DNA from: a bacterium | GTDB taxonomy: Bacteria > Patescibacteriota > Minisyncoccia > Phycocordibacterales > PALSA-1337 | Direction of reading: 5' to 3' | NCBI GenBank assembly: GCA_025355565.1 | Contig: JANXZK010000022.1 | Span: forward strand, 3,490 to 67,489 | DNA: 64,000 bases | Shown here: piece by piece, positions 1 through 9,207 of the stretch | Layout of the letters: each line of letters starts with the position of its first letter | Position numbering within the stretch: position 1 is the stretch's first letter | Made by a program: the position numbers and the translations under genes | Notes under the pieces: model-generated | What the model was told of the DNA's origin: nothing | Seen by the model: only the letters and a program-made list of their open reading frames with translations | Database searches by the model: none

Positions 1-1
1 C

Positions 2-427
2 CGCAATCGAGAGATAGAAGAGCAACATGGTGCCACTTTCTGGCCGACGGTCGATGAGGTATTGAAGCAATCGGATGTCGTTTCCTTACATGTGCCACTC
101 CTCGAGACGACTAAACATCTCATAGATGCTGATAGACTGAGGATGATGAAAAGATCGGCCATACTCGTGAACACTTCTCGTGGCGCCGTTATCCATGAGA
201 TCTCTCTCGTTAAAGCCCTCAAACAGGGGATGATCGCTGGAGCAGGATTGGACGTATTCGAACATGAGCCGGCGCTCTCGCCAGGACTGAAGGAGCTGAA
301 AAATGTAGTGATCACACCACATATCGCATCGTCGACAGTCGAGGCTCGCGGCGATATGGCGCGAATGGCGGCGCAAAATATCATCGATATGTTCGAGACC
401 GGCAAGCCGGCTGACGTGATATACTGA
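2..427 (+). CDS. D-isomer-specific 2-hydroxyacid dehydrogenase (glyoxylate reductase/D-glycerate dehydrogenase-like), 5' truncated by window
   Basis: Motifs SDVVSLHVPL, LVNTSRG, GAGLDVFEHEP and TPHIAS. The frame is open from base 2. Confidence 0.9.
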   Translation, partial: RNREIEEQHGATFWPTVDEVLKQSDVVSLHVPLLETTKHLIDADRLRMMKRSAILVNTSRGAVIHEISLVKALKQGMIAGAGLDVFEHEPALSPGLKELKNVVITPHIASSTVEARGDMARMAAQNIIDMFETGKPADVIY

Positions 428-472
428 TACTATATATGATATAATTACCTTAGCCTTCGGGCAGAAATATCT

Positions 473-724
473 ATGTCAGATGGAGTAGAATTTGATGAAG
501 AAAAGAGAACATACGTGAGACCGCCAGGCGCGCCTACCAGTTTTTCTGGTGGCAATGTTTTTAACGAGCAGCCATATATACCAAATGGCGATGAGCCGAG
601 GATGGTCCAGTGGCTCATAAATCACGGCTACGTAAAGAATCCCGCGAGAGGGAATATCGTCCTACTCACAGTTGTAGGTCTGAATATCATCATCATCTTT
701 TTTGTTGTCAAGAACTTTTTATAA
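473..724 (+). CDS. small membrane protein, hypothetical
   Basis: 83-aa ORF with one C-terminal hydrophobic helix; fills the intergenic gap. Confidence 0.65.
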   Translation: MSDGVEFDEEKRTYVRPPGAPTSFSGGNVFNEQPYIPNGDEPRMVQWLINHGYVKNPARGNIVLLTVVGLNIIIIFFVVKNFL

Positions 725-751
725 CTGATAGATATTTCATCATAAATATTC

Positions 752-1594
752 ATGACTCATTCAAATAGACAAGTGAATAGGAATGTCCAATGCTTGAAGA
801 GGGGGTTTACCTTGATCGAACTTCTCGTGGTCATTGCTATCATCGGTACACTTGCTTCTGTTGTTTTAGCGTCTCTCTCGACCGCGCGTGGCAAGGGCAC
901 GATAGCGTCAGGACAGACATTTGATAGCCATACATATAGCGCATTTGGGGCGGATGCTTACGCAGTATACAATTTTGATGAGGGTCCTGGTGATGGTAGT
1001 AAGTTTCTACCGATCGACACATCGGGTAATGGGCATAATTTTGTCAATGATAATGATTTAAATTGTCCGGTCATTCTTAAAGAACCCATCTCAATATCTG
1101 CTGGCATAAAGAGAAACGCTATACAGTTGGATTCATCCACAGCATGTGTGACTGTCTTTTCTGGAAGTAGTTTCGATAAAACAAATGGGTCTGTCTCTTT
1201 TTGGGTAAATCCCGCTTCAATAATCGGAAATAACAATTATATTCTTGATGTCGGGCAAAAATGGGTTTTGGTCAAGTCTGGTAAGATTGAGTCTTTTGGT
1301 CTGAGCAGTAAAATGACAGTCGCGGCGAATACTTGGACTCATGTTCTCATATCATGGGGAGGAACATCTGACCAACTACGTATTTACATAAATGGAAAAT
1401 TTGACAATAACGACGCTAATTTGCCTGGTTTTCTTGCGCCAAATGAATTAGGTTTTGGCAACTCTCCTGATAAGATCAAAATAGACGAACTGGCCATCTA
1501 CAACCGATCTATGCAAACAGCGCAGGTGCAGAAGATATACGCTGAGGGGCTCTCGAGACACATGATGGCGGCGGTGAATGACTTATTTAGGTGA
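752..1594 (+). CDS. type IV pilin-like protein with C-terminal LamG/ConA-like domain
   Basis: RGFTLIELLVVIAIIG prepilin cleavage/methylation motif. LamG motifs YNFDE, SVSFWV, WTHV, IYING and IDELAIYNR. Confidence 0.88.
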   Translation: MTHSNRQVNRNVQCLKRGFTLIELLVVIAIIGTLASVVLASLSTARGKGTIASGQTFDSHTYSAFGADAYAVYNFDEGPGDGSKFLPIDTSGNGHNFVNDNDLNCPVILKEPISISAGIKRNAIQLDSSTACVTVFSGSSFDKTNGSVSFWVNPASIIGNNNYILDVGQKWVLVKSGKIESFGLSSKMTVAANTWTHVLISWGGTSDQLRIYINGKFDNNDANLPGFLAPNELGFGNSPDKIKIDELAIYNRSMQTAQVQKIYAEGLSRHMMAAVNDLFR

Positions 1595-1613
1595 CAAATC
1601 TAGGTGACAAAAT

Positions 1614-1641
1614 TTGCACATTTTCTAAAATAGTGTAAGAT
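1614..1641 (+). promoter_or_regulatory. sigma70-type promoter of rplY
   Basis: TTGCAC-N16-TAAGAT, with an ATG 7 nt downstream at 1649. Confidence 0.5.
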
Positions 1642-1648
1642 GGCACAC

Positions 1649-2368
1649 ATGCTATCACTAGAAGTAACCAAGCGAGATATGAAGCAAAATCCGGCTACCA
1701 TCCGCAAAGCAGGCAACATTCCTGCGGTTTTTTATGGTCCAAAAGAGGCAAATACGCCCATCACGGTGAACGCCAAGGAGTTCACGAAGATGTGGAAAAG
1801 CGCAGGCCAATCCTCCGTTATCATTTTGAAAGAAGGCACCAATGAACACGAAGTCCTCATACACGAGATCGACGTGCATCCGCTCTCGGGCGACATCAGA
1901 CATGCTGATTTTTATGTCATCGAAAAGGGCAAGAAGGTCAAGGTGTCAGTTACGCTCGTCTACGATGGAGTCTCCCCAGCTGTGAAGGAAAAAGGCGCGA
2001 TATTGGTCAAGGTCCGACGCGAGATAGAAGTAGAGGCAGTGCCTCGAGACCTTCCTCATGAGATCAAAGTAGACGTTTCCAAACTAGTAGAATTCACCGA
2101 TGTCATCAAGGTCAAGGATCTCGCATTGGCTCCGGGCGTTACATTGGTCAAGATCGGTCCAGAAGAAGTGATCGCTTCAGTCTACGAAGCCAAGGAAGAA
2201 GTCGAGGTAGCTCCAGCGGCTATCGATATGTCAGCGATCGAAGTCGAAGCCAAGGGTAAAGAATTGAAGGATGGTGAAGTCGCGGCACCTACAGGCGACG
2301 CGAAGAGCGTTCCAGCAAAGGGTGATGACAAAAAAGGCGGAGAGGGGAAGAAGGAGGTAAAGAAATAA
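1649..2368 (+). CDS. rplY: 50S ribosomal protein L25/Ctc
   Basis: IRKAGNIPAVFYG, HADFY and PRDLPHEIKVD motifs. The second ATG is chosen because the ATG at 1640 overlaps the -10 box. Confidence 0.93.
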   Translation: MLSLEVTKRDMKQNPATIRKAGNIPAVFYGPKEANTPITVNAKEFTKMWKSAGQSSVIILKEGTNEHEVLIHEIDVHPLSGDIRHADFYVIEKGKKVKVSVTLVYDGVSPAVKEKGAILVKVRREIEVEAVPRDLPHEIKVDVSKLVEFTDVIKVKDLALAPGVTLVKIGPEEVIASVYEAKEEVEVAPAAIDMSAIEVEAKGKELKDGEVAAPTGDAKSVPAKGDDKKGGEGKKEVKK

Positions 2369-2400
2369 AGCCATAATCGCTCCATGCTATACTAACAGGC

Positions 2401-3801
2401 ATGAAATCTATCAAAATGGTGGTTTTGGTCGTAGTTGCCGTATTCGGTATGTCATTCACGGCTATTATGTTATCGATTCTTTTCTCTTCTTTGGGAATTT
2501 CACTTATCGCTAACGCACAGACATTGCAATGCGATACTCCGGTACAAAAGGCCAAGTGTCAGGCAGATCTGGCGCAAGCAGAGGCGGAAGCCAAGGCGGC
2601 GCAAGCTCAACTCGTTTCCGCGCAGGCAGAGAGCTCTTCCTTGAAGAGAGATATCAATGTTTTGGACGCCAAGATCAAAGTCGCGCAGGCCAACATAAAG
2701 GCAAAGAATCTGCTCATACAGACTCTGGGCAATGATATCACGCAGAAGCAGAGCCATATCAACGATCTCGAAGGGCATGTCTCTAGAGGCAAAGAAACAC
2801 TGGCGACGATATTGCGAAAGACCAACGAGATCGATGCTGATACGTTGCCAGAAGTGATACTTTCCCAATCTAGTGTGGCGGGTTTTTTCCAAGATTTGGA
2901 TACTTTCCAGTCGGTTCGTGAGGGACTGAAGACGACATTTGATCAGTTGAGATCGGATGAGGCCCAAACCACAGCTCTGAAAGATGCGTTGGATAAACGT
3001 AAGAATACCGAATCAGACGCCAGGTATGCTATACAGCTCGAGCAGAAGAATATCCAATCGGATCAGACACAGAAAACGCAATTATTGAACATCAGTAAAG
3101 GCAATGAGAAAGCCTACGGTACTCTATTGGCTCAAAAACAGGCCAAGGCGGCGCAGATCAGGGCGGCATTGTTCCAATTGGCGGGAGCGAAAGCTATACC
3201 ATTCGGAGATGCTCTATCCTACGCGAATGCCGCATCAAAAAAGACTGGTGTGAGACCGGCACTCATACTCGGCATCATCAAACAGGAGTCGAATCTGGGG
3301 TCGAACGTCGGGACATGCTATATGACCGACCCTGTAACTGGAGCTGGCATCAGTGTAAAATCTGGAAAATCAGTTTCAAGCGTGATGAAACCGACGCGCG
3401 ATGTTGCGCCATTTATGGCAGTGACTTCCGCGTTGGGCTTGGATTATAGGAACACGCCGGTGTCATGCCCGCTCTCTATAGGTTATGGAGGTGCTATGGG
3501 TCCTGCACAATTCATCGCTTCGACATGGGTTGGCATCGTCGATCAAGTGACGGCTGCGCTAGGGATCTCCGGCCAAGCGAATCCGTGGAATCCGGCGCAT
3601 GCATTCATGGCATCAGCATTGTTGCTGGGAGAGAAAGGTGCCTCGAGAGGTGGATATACCGCGGAGCGCAACGCCGCCTGTGGCTATTACGGCGGTGGAA
3701 GCACTTGTAGATCATCAAATGGCAGTACTGGTTATGGAAACAGCGTCCTCTCATACGCCACTGGTTTTCAACAGGATATCGATCAATTAGTTGGCTTATA
3801 G
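2401..3801 (+). CDS. secreted coiled-coil protein with C-terminal lytic murein transglycosylase (SLT-like) domain
   Basis: N-terminal hydrophobic segment, long Q/A/K coiled coil, catalytic QES, and GGAMGPAQF and NPWNP motifs. Confidence 0.82.
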   Translation: MKSIKMVVLVVVAVFGMSFTAIMLSILFSSLGISLIANAQTLQCDTPVQKAKCQADLAQAEAEAKAAQAQLVSAQAESSSLKRDINVLDAKIKVAQANIKAKNLLIQTLGNDITQKQSHINDLEGHVSRGKETLATILRKTNEIDADTLPEVILSQSSVAGFFQDLDTFQSVREGLKTTFDQLRSDEAQTTALKDALDKRKNTESDARYAIQLEQKNIQSDQTQKTQLLNISKGNEKAYGTLLAQKQAKAAQIRAALFQLAGAKAIPFGDALSYANAASKKTGVRPALILGIIKQESNLGSNVGTCYMTDPVTGAGISVKSGKSVSSVMKPTRDVAPFMAVTSALGLDYRNTPVSCPLSIGYGGAMGPAQFIASTWVGIVDQVTAALGISGQANPWNPAHAFMASALLLGEKGASRGGYTAERNAACGYYGGGSTCRSSNGSTGYGNSVLSYATGFQQDIDQLVGL

Positions 3802-3856
3802 AAAAGTCTCAGAGAAAAATATCCGTGCCACTGAACCGTTCTGTGAGACTTTTCTA
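3799..3856. repeat. 18-bp inverted repeat between convergent genes (REP-like or bidirectional terminator)
   Basis: tagaaaagtctcagagaa ... ttctgtgagacttttcta, one mismatch. Confidence 0.8.
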
Positions 3857-3863
3857 GTAACTC

Positions 3864-6062
3864 CTAAATAGTCAAAATAACCGGTATCACCATCGGTCTC
3901 TTTGCAGTTTTCTGCATCAGATATTTACTGACTACATCAGTGACGTTGTCCTTGATGTAGTCGACGTTGATCGGGTTTTGACCATGAGCGGATTTCTCGA
4001 CAGATTCTCGGATGAGGAGACGAACTTCATGGAGGAGTTCCTGAGATTCACGCAGATAGACGAAGCCACGCGAGATGATGTCCGGGGACTTCTTCAACTT
4101 TCCGGTCTGACTATTCAATATGCCAAAGACGATGAATATGCCGTCCTGCGCCAATGCTTGGCGATCGCGGATGACTACGTCTTGGACATTGCCGACGGAG
4201 AATCCATCGACGAGAACCAGCCCTGATGGAGCTTTCTCTTTCAATCTTACTAGTTTGGTGCCACCATTCTGTATCTCGATCACTGAGCTATTGTCTGGAA
4301 CGACGACGTCCTCTTCTTTCAAACCATTGGCTTCCTTGGCGACGTCAGCATGCACGCGGAGCATGTAGTGATAGCCGTGGAGCGGCATGAAGAATCGAGG
4401 TTTGATCTGACGATGTATCCACAATGTCTCGTCACGATACGCGTGTCCGGTCGAGTGGACCTCGGCTGTGCGATAATGGATGATCTTGGCGCCTTGGCGT
4501 GATAGGTTATCTTTGAGTTTCTGCACGGCGCGCTCATTTCCTGGGATGACTGATGAGGACAATATGACGGTGTCTCTAGTGTTGATCTTGATCTTTGTAT
4601 GTGTCTTGTTGGACATGCGCATGAGGGCGGCGAATTCGTCGCCTTGCGCGCCTGTTGCCAATATGATGATACGATCTGGGGGATAATTGTCCATGTCGCC
4701 ACTGTCGATGATCGTGTCCTTCTTGCATTTCAAGAGGCCTAGATGCTTACAGACTTCGATATTGGATTTTAGACTACGTCCTTCGATCACGACTTTTTTA
4801 TTATAGAGTTCGGCGAATTCGACCATCTTCAAGAGTCTCTCCAATAGAGAAGAGAATGTGGCGATGATGAGTCGTCCTTTGGAATTCTTGATGTATTCTT
4901 CTAGGTTCTTATGGACTTGTCTCTCGGGAGTTGAAAATCCAGGTATCTCTACGTTAGTCGAGTCTGCCATGAGCATGAGGACCTTTTCATCCTTGAAAGC
5001 ACGCTCGTACTCAGCAGCTTCTTCTGCCGTCGGCTGACCATTTTCATGGTCCATCTTGAGGTCACCTGTATGCACGATCGAACCATATGGGGTCTCGATG
5101 ATCACTCCCATCGCGTCAGGGATGGTGTGGGTGACGGAAAAGAATTTTACTTTGAACTTGCCTATCGTCACTGTCGAATTTCGTTCAACCAGATTTATGT
5201 CCAATTTGGCGAGATGAGGGAATTCCTCTTGACGCTTTTGGATCAAAACTGAGGTTAGCATACGTGTATATACTGGTGGGTTGCCGATCCTGGGCATGAT
5301 ATATGGAATACCACCCGTGTGATCCAAGTGACCGTGTGTGATGATGAGGGCTTTGATCATACCCAGCCTCTCCTCGAGATATTTGGTATTTGGCAGGATG
5401 TAATCGATACCTGGCGTGTTCTCATCCCTGAATTGGAATCCCAAGTCGATGATGATGATCTCTCCAGCGTACTCGATGGCGGTCATGTTGCGGCCGATCT
5501 CTTCGACACCGCCCAATGGAATGATGCGGATCGTGTCAGCCGCGATCGGTGGGATCTTATCTTCGGTACTTTGGTATGTGAGAGATCGTGCATGTGCAGG
5601 TCCACTACGTTTCATCGGTCTCAATTCTTTGCGGATAACGTTCATGCGAGCCCCGGCGATGTGCCTGACGGCTTCGGGAAGCTTTTTAGCGCCTTTTCCT
5701 AGAACGATGCGGTGACCATTCCCACTGAGGAGATTTGAGGTCGGGGGTCGGAAGTTGGATGTGGGTATCGTCGAGGTTGCTGGCATGGAAGCACTCGCAG
5801 GTGACGAGCTACGCAAAGTTCGCGTGGCGAAACGGTTCACTTGATTGCCATGATTTACATTGTTTCGGTTGGTGTTATTGTTGCCTCCAGCATTTTGATG
5901 CCAAGGCTTCGCTCCACCCTTGTAGAGAGTCGTCCCTTTGTATGGCGTGGTCGGAGTCGGTCTAGCCGAAAACCTTGGTCTGGGAGCGCCAGCGGTAGCT
6001 TGGACAGGTCTCGTGGTGTTCGTTATGATCGGCTTCTTGATTGGTTGTTGCTCGTTCATCAT
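3864..6062 (-). CDS. rnj: ribonuclease J with long low-complexity N-terminal extension
   Basis: IIPLGGVEEIGRN, THGHLDH, HTGDLK, GAQG, HSTGH and KRPMVIP motifs. Confidence 0.95.
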   Translation of the reverse strand: MMNEQQPIKKPIITNTTRPVQATAGAPRPRFSARPTPTTPYKGTTLYKGGAKPWHQNAGGNNNTNRNNVNHGNQVNRFATRTLRSSSPASASMPATSTIPTSNFRPPTSNLLSGNGHRIVLGKGAKKLPEAVRHIAGARMNVIRKELRPMKRSGPAHARSLTYQSTEDKIPPIAADTIRIIPLGGVEEIGRNMTAIEYAGEIIIIDLGFQFRDENTPGIDYILPNTKYLEERLGMIKALIITHGHLDHTGGIPYIMPRIGNPPVYTRMLTSVLIQKRQEEFPHLAKLDINLVERNSTVTIGKFKVKFFSVTHTIPDAMGVIIETPYGSIVHTGDLKMDHENGQPTAEEAAEYERAFKDEKVLMLMADSTNVEIPGFSTPERQVHKNLEEYIKNSKGRLIIATFSSLLERLLKMVEFAELYNKKVVIEGRSLKSNIEVCKHLGLLKCKKDTIIDSGDMDNYPPDRIIILATGAQGDEFAALMRMSNKTHTKIKINTRDTVILSSSVIPGNERAVQKLKDNLSRQGAKIIHYRTAEVHSTGHAYRDETLWIHRQIKPRFFMPLHGYHYMLRVHADVAKEANGLKEEDVVVPDNSSVIEIQNGGTKLVRLKEKAPSGLVLVDGFSVGNVQDVVIRDRQALAQDGIFIVFGILNSQTGKLKKSPDIISRGFVYLRESQELLHEVRLLIRESVEKSAHGQNPINVDYIKDNVTDVVSKYLMQKTAKRPMVIPVILTI

Positions 6063-6160
6063 TTTTTGTTTATTCTACGTACGCTGATAAATTGTATTCG
6101 ACTTATTAATGTTGTTGATCTGATTCATGGTGGAGAGCTCTGATCTCCGAGTTCCACTTT

Positions 6161-7912
6161 TCATTCTTTTTTACCACTCGCAAAGAATTTCCATACATTT
6201 TCTGTCTTTAGGTACCAGTTGGTCACAGAATTCCATCTATCTCCTGGCACGGTTATGTCATGCAAAGTGATGCCTTTTAGAGTCTTGGGAACTATATATA
6301 TGAAATTCGGGGAATATAGGAAGATGGCGGGAATATCGGCAGTCAATAAGTTTTCGAACTGGGCATATTTCGTTGCCCGGACATCGAGATCGCTAGTTGT
6401 GCGGATATCCTCGAGGAGCTGGTCGATCTTGCTATTTGTGTACATGGAGACGTTCAAGCCAGGAGCTTTGATCTGTGAAGAATGCCAGAAAGCATACAAG
6501 TCGCGATCTTTTCCTATGAGCTCACCAAATAGTAGGGCATCATATTTCCTTGTGCGGATGACATTTTGATAGAGGTCGCTCGCGTTGAAGACACGTAGAT
6601 CGATCTGCGCGCCCATCTTCTCCCAAGAAGCTTTGACCATCTCCGCCGCCTGTTTTAGGTCTGGCGTATCGGCTGTGTATATGTCAAAAGAGATAGTTTG
6701 AACGACTTTCTTTGCATTGGCTTTAGAATAGATCCCAGTTGACAGGTCTTTCTTCCAGCCATTCTTTTCTAGGAGAGCTTGTGCGGCTGTGATATCTGGG
6801 ACCTTGACCGCGTCATCACCAGTAGGGACGATATTTGACGGCAATGGTTCGTCGATAGGGGAACCATAACCAGAAAGGACATTGTCGACGATCGCCTTTC
6901 TATCGACGGCCATGTTGAGCGCTTGTCGCACTATATCGTCGGCTAGTACGGGAGCCTGATTTTGATTGAAAAAAACTCCGAATATTCGCGGCAATGGCGA
7001 TTGCAGGACGGCATATGACGCGGCTTTGTCCGTCGCCAGTTTTGCCGCCTCGGCTGCTCCGACTGTTGCCAGACTATCTATCGTTCCTTCATCTATCGCG
7101 GTCAGAGCTTTTTCTTCGTCAGCGAAGAATGAAAATGTTATCGTGTTCACATAAGGGACTTTCCCGTAATAGCCGCTCCATGTGGAGAGGTTGTAACTGA
7201 CCGGGATGCCGGCGCCATCATTCTTGACTGAGGATATCTCGTATGGTCCGGAACCGATCGGCTCGATATTGTAGTGGCTGAAGATGAACTGGTCATCGTT
7301 CACGGTATTCCATATATGCTTTGGCAAGATGCCGACGGTGGTGTTCGTAAGAAATGGCGAATAGGCTTGTTTTAGGACGAAATGTATCTCTGTTGGCGAG
7401 ATGATCTGTACCGTGACGTTGGTCCAGTCTGATTTGCGAGGACTCTTCAACACTGCGTCTTGGATCTTTTGGATGGTGAATGCCACATCATCGGTAGTGA
7501 GGAGTGTGCCGTCTTGGAAACGGATGTCACTTCGCAGAACGAAGCTATATGTGAGGCCGTCATCGGAGACTTTGTATGATTTTGCCAAGTCGGGGACCAA
7601 GCGCCCATCGTCCCATCGCATCAAGCCTGAATAGACGAGCGAAGAGATGTCACGGTCGACGTCGGTTATGGCGAGGATCGGATTGACACTCCTCGGTAGA
7701 CCGATCAGTCCTTCGCGCAGTTCGCCACCGCTACTCGGTATCTCTGTCATGAAATGGCTATTGATCTTGCCTGCCATGACGATGGTCGCAATGATCGCCG
7801 CCAGCACGAATACGCCAAAGATCGCCTTTTCTGTCGCGGAAAATTGTCTGATGTAATTTATGATCTTCGGGCTTTTCTTGAAACCCAGTTCTTTTGGTTG
7901 TATGTCGGGCAC
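6161..7912 (-). CDS. ABC transporter substrate-binding protein family 5 (peptide/nickel)
   Basis: LVYSGL, PDLAKSY, FQDG..LT.DDVAFT, PIGSGPY and VRQAL..AVDR motifs, plus an N-terminal TM anchor. Confidence 0.9.
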   Translation of the reverse strand: MPDIQPKELGFKKSPKIINYIRQFSATEKAIFGVFVLAAIIATIVMAGKINSHFMTEIPSSGGELREGLIGLPRSVNPILAITDVDRDISSLVYSGLMRWDDGRLVPDLAKSYKVSDDGLTYSFVLRSDIRFQDGTLLTTDDVAFTIQKIQDAVLKSPRKSDWTNVTVQIISPTEIHFVLKQAYSPFLTNTTVGILPKHIWNTVNDDQFIFSHYNIEPIGSGPYEISSVKNDGAGIPVSYNLSTWSGYYGKVPYVNTITFSFFADEEKALTAIDEGTIDSLATVGAAEAAKLATDKAASYAVLQSPLPRIFGVFFNQNQAPVLADDIVRQALNMAVDRKAIVDNVLSGYGSPIDEPLPSNIVPTGDDAVKVPDITAAQALLEKNGWKKDLSTGIYSKANAKKVVQTISFDIYTADTPDLKQAAEMVKASWEKMGAQIDLRVFNASDLYQNVIRTRKYDALLFGELIGKDRDLYAFWHSSQIKAPGLNVSMYTNSKIDQLLEDIRTTSDLDVRATKYAQFENLLTADIPAIFLYSPNFIYIVPKTLKGITLHDITVPGDRWNSVTNWYLKTENVWKFFASGKKE

Positions 7913-7948
7913 GATGTAAAAAAGTATCTCGGCGCCTATTTCCTAGAA

Positions 7949-8170
7949 TTAAATAAGGTTTAGCAACGCCGATACCGCAAACAAGATAGCAACTACGATG
8001 GTAATGATGAATAGCCCTCTCTCCATGCCACGTCGTGTATGGAATGCCGAACTGAAGTTGTCGCTCCCACCGAAGGCGCCACCTACTTGGGCGCCTGTTC
8101 TTTGGAGCAGTATTATAGCGACCAAAATAACAGACAAGATGATCTCTACGTAGGGAAGGAGTGACTTCAT
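7949..8170 (-). CDS. secG: preprotein translocase subunit SecG
   Basis: Two TM helices flanking ILLQ..GA..GGAFGG and TRRG.E. The ATG at 8170 follows a TGnTACTAT -10 box. Confidence 0.92.
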   Translation of the reverse strand: MKSLLPYVEIILSVILVAIILLQRTGAQVGGAFGGSDNFSSAFHTRRGMERGLFIITIVVAILFAVSALLNLI

Positions 8171-8236
8171 TGGGGATGATAGTAGCATATATAGCTTTTT
8201 TATGCAAACGATGTATTCCCGAGTTCAACTTACCTG

Positions 8237-9112
8237 TTATCTAGAAGCGATATCTAGGTGAGAATGTAAACCTTCAGCGTATATGCGTTCCATATCAGCT
8301 GACGCGAGCGCAGAAGTATAGATGCGAACGTTGTCTATGTCACCGACGAAATTATAGCTTGAATTATAAGGCGGAAATGAACCGATCGAGATCGTGCCAT
8401 TTGTCGGTGTCCAATATGTCAGATCCGCCACGTTGCCGTTTTGGGGTGAACCTATCTGTTTACCATTTATATAGAAAGTAATTTTTGCACCACTGACTGA
8501 TGCGGCGACATTAGTCCAAGAATTCAATCCTATAGATACACCGCTATCAACGTTACCACTACGACAGGCAGAATAATATTGCAAATTATTACTAGTATTT
8601 AGGACGAGGCCAACAATTCGGTCGTTACAGGATTGTCCATTGTTGTCGGCACCTCCAAATAAGACTATTACGCATATAAAGTCAGATGAACAGTTAAATG
8701 ATGTTCGTACCCAAGCGCTAACAGAGAAAGATGTCGTTTTCGGTAGACCATTGACTGTGCTGAAGGACACGTTGTCTCTTGATCCAAAATGTAATGCATT
8801 CCTTTGAACTCCGTCTGGTATTATTGTCGTTCTAATACTACGCGTTCCGGTATTATTGTTGCCAGAAAGATCATAGACAGAATTACTTGCTGCATCTGTC
8901 TCATCAAAATTCCATATACCAGTAGCGTCTACTCCGAGTGCTTGATAGGTATGAGTATCGAATGTTAGTCCCGCTCCAATACTCGCTTTAGTTCTAGCTC
9001 CACCTAGGGCCGCGAGTACAACTGATGCCAGCATACTTATTATGGAAATAACGACTAGCAACTCTATGAGAGTAAAGCCTTTCGTACGGACATCGTTTTG
9101 GTATTTATTCAT
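8237..9112 (-). CDS. type IV pilin-like protein with C-terminal LamG/ConA-like domain (paralog of 752..1594)
   Basis: KGFTLIELLVVISII prepilin motif; WNFDE, SVSAWV, FYING and F.GDIDNVRIY LamG motifs. Confidence 0.9.
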   Translation of the reverse strand: MNKYQNDVRTKGFTLIELLVVISIISMLASVVLAALGGARTKASIGAGLTFDTHTYQALGVDATGIWNFDETDAASNSVYDLSGNNNTGTRSIRTTIIPDGVQRNALHFGSRDNVSFSTVNGLPKTTSFSVSAWVRTSFNCSSDFICVIVLFGGADNNGQSCNDRIVGLVLNTSNNLQYYSACRSGNVDSGVSIGLNSWTNVAASVSGAKITFYINGKQIGSPQNGNVADLTYWTPTNGTISIGSFPPYNSSYNFVGDIDNVRIYTSALASADMERIYAEGLHSHLDIASR

Positions 9113-9207
9113 GCGAAATGATTTTTAATGACTTCTATAGAAACATTATACAACAGTATATAGAGTAAGTAATCATGGCACTGTGGATAGGCTACGAATA
9201 GCCTGAC

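Noticed and set aside
7758-8228. 156-aa minus-strand ORF
   Set aside because: Alternate frame overlapping secG and the substrate-binding protein gene.
752-9112. Invertible shufflon between the inverted pilin paralogs
   Set aside because: Synonymous sites are diverged, the longest shared run noticed is only ~11 nt (atatacgctga), and no recombinase is nearby.
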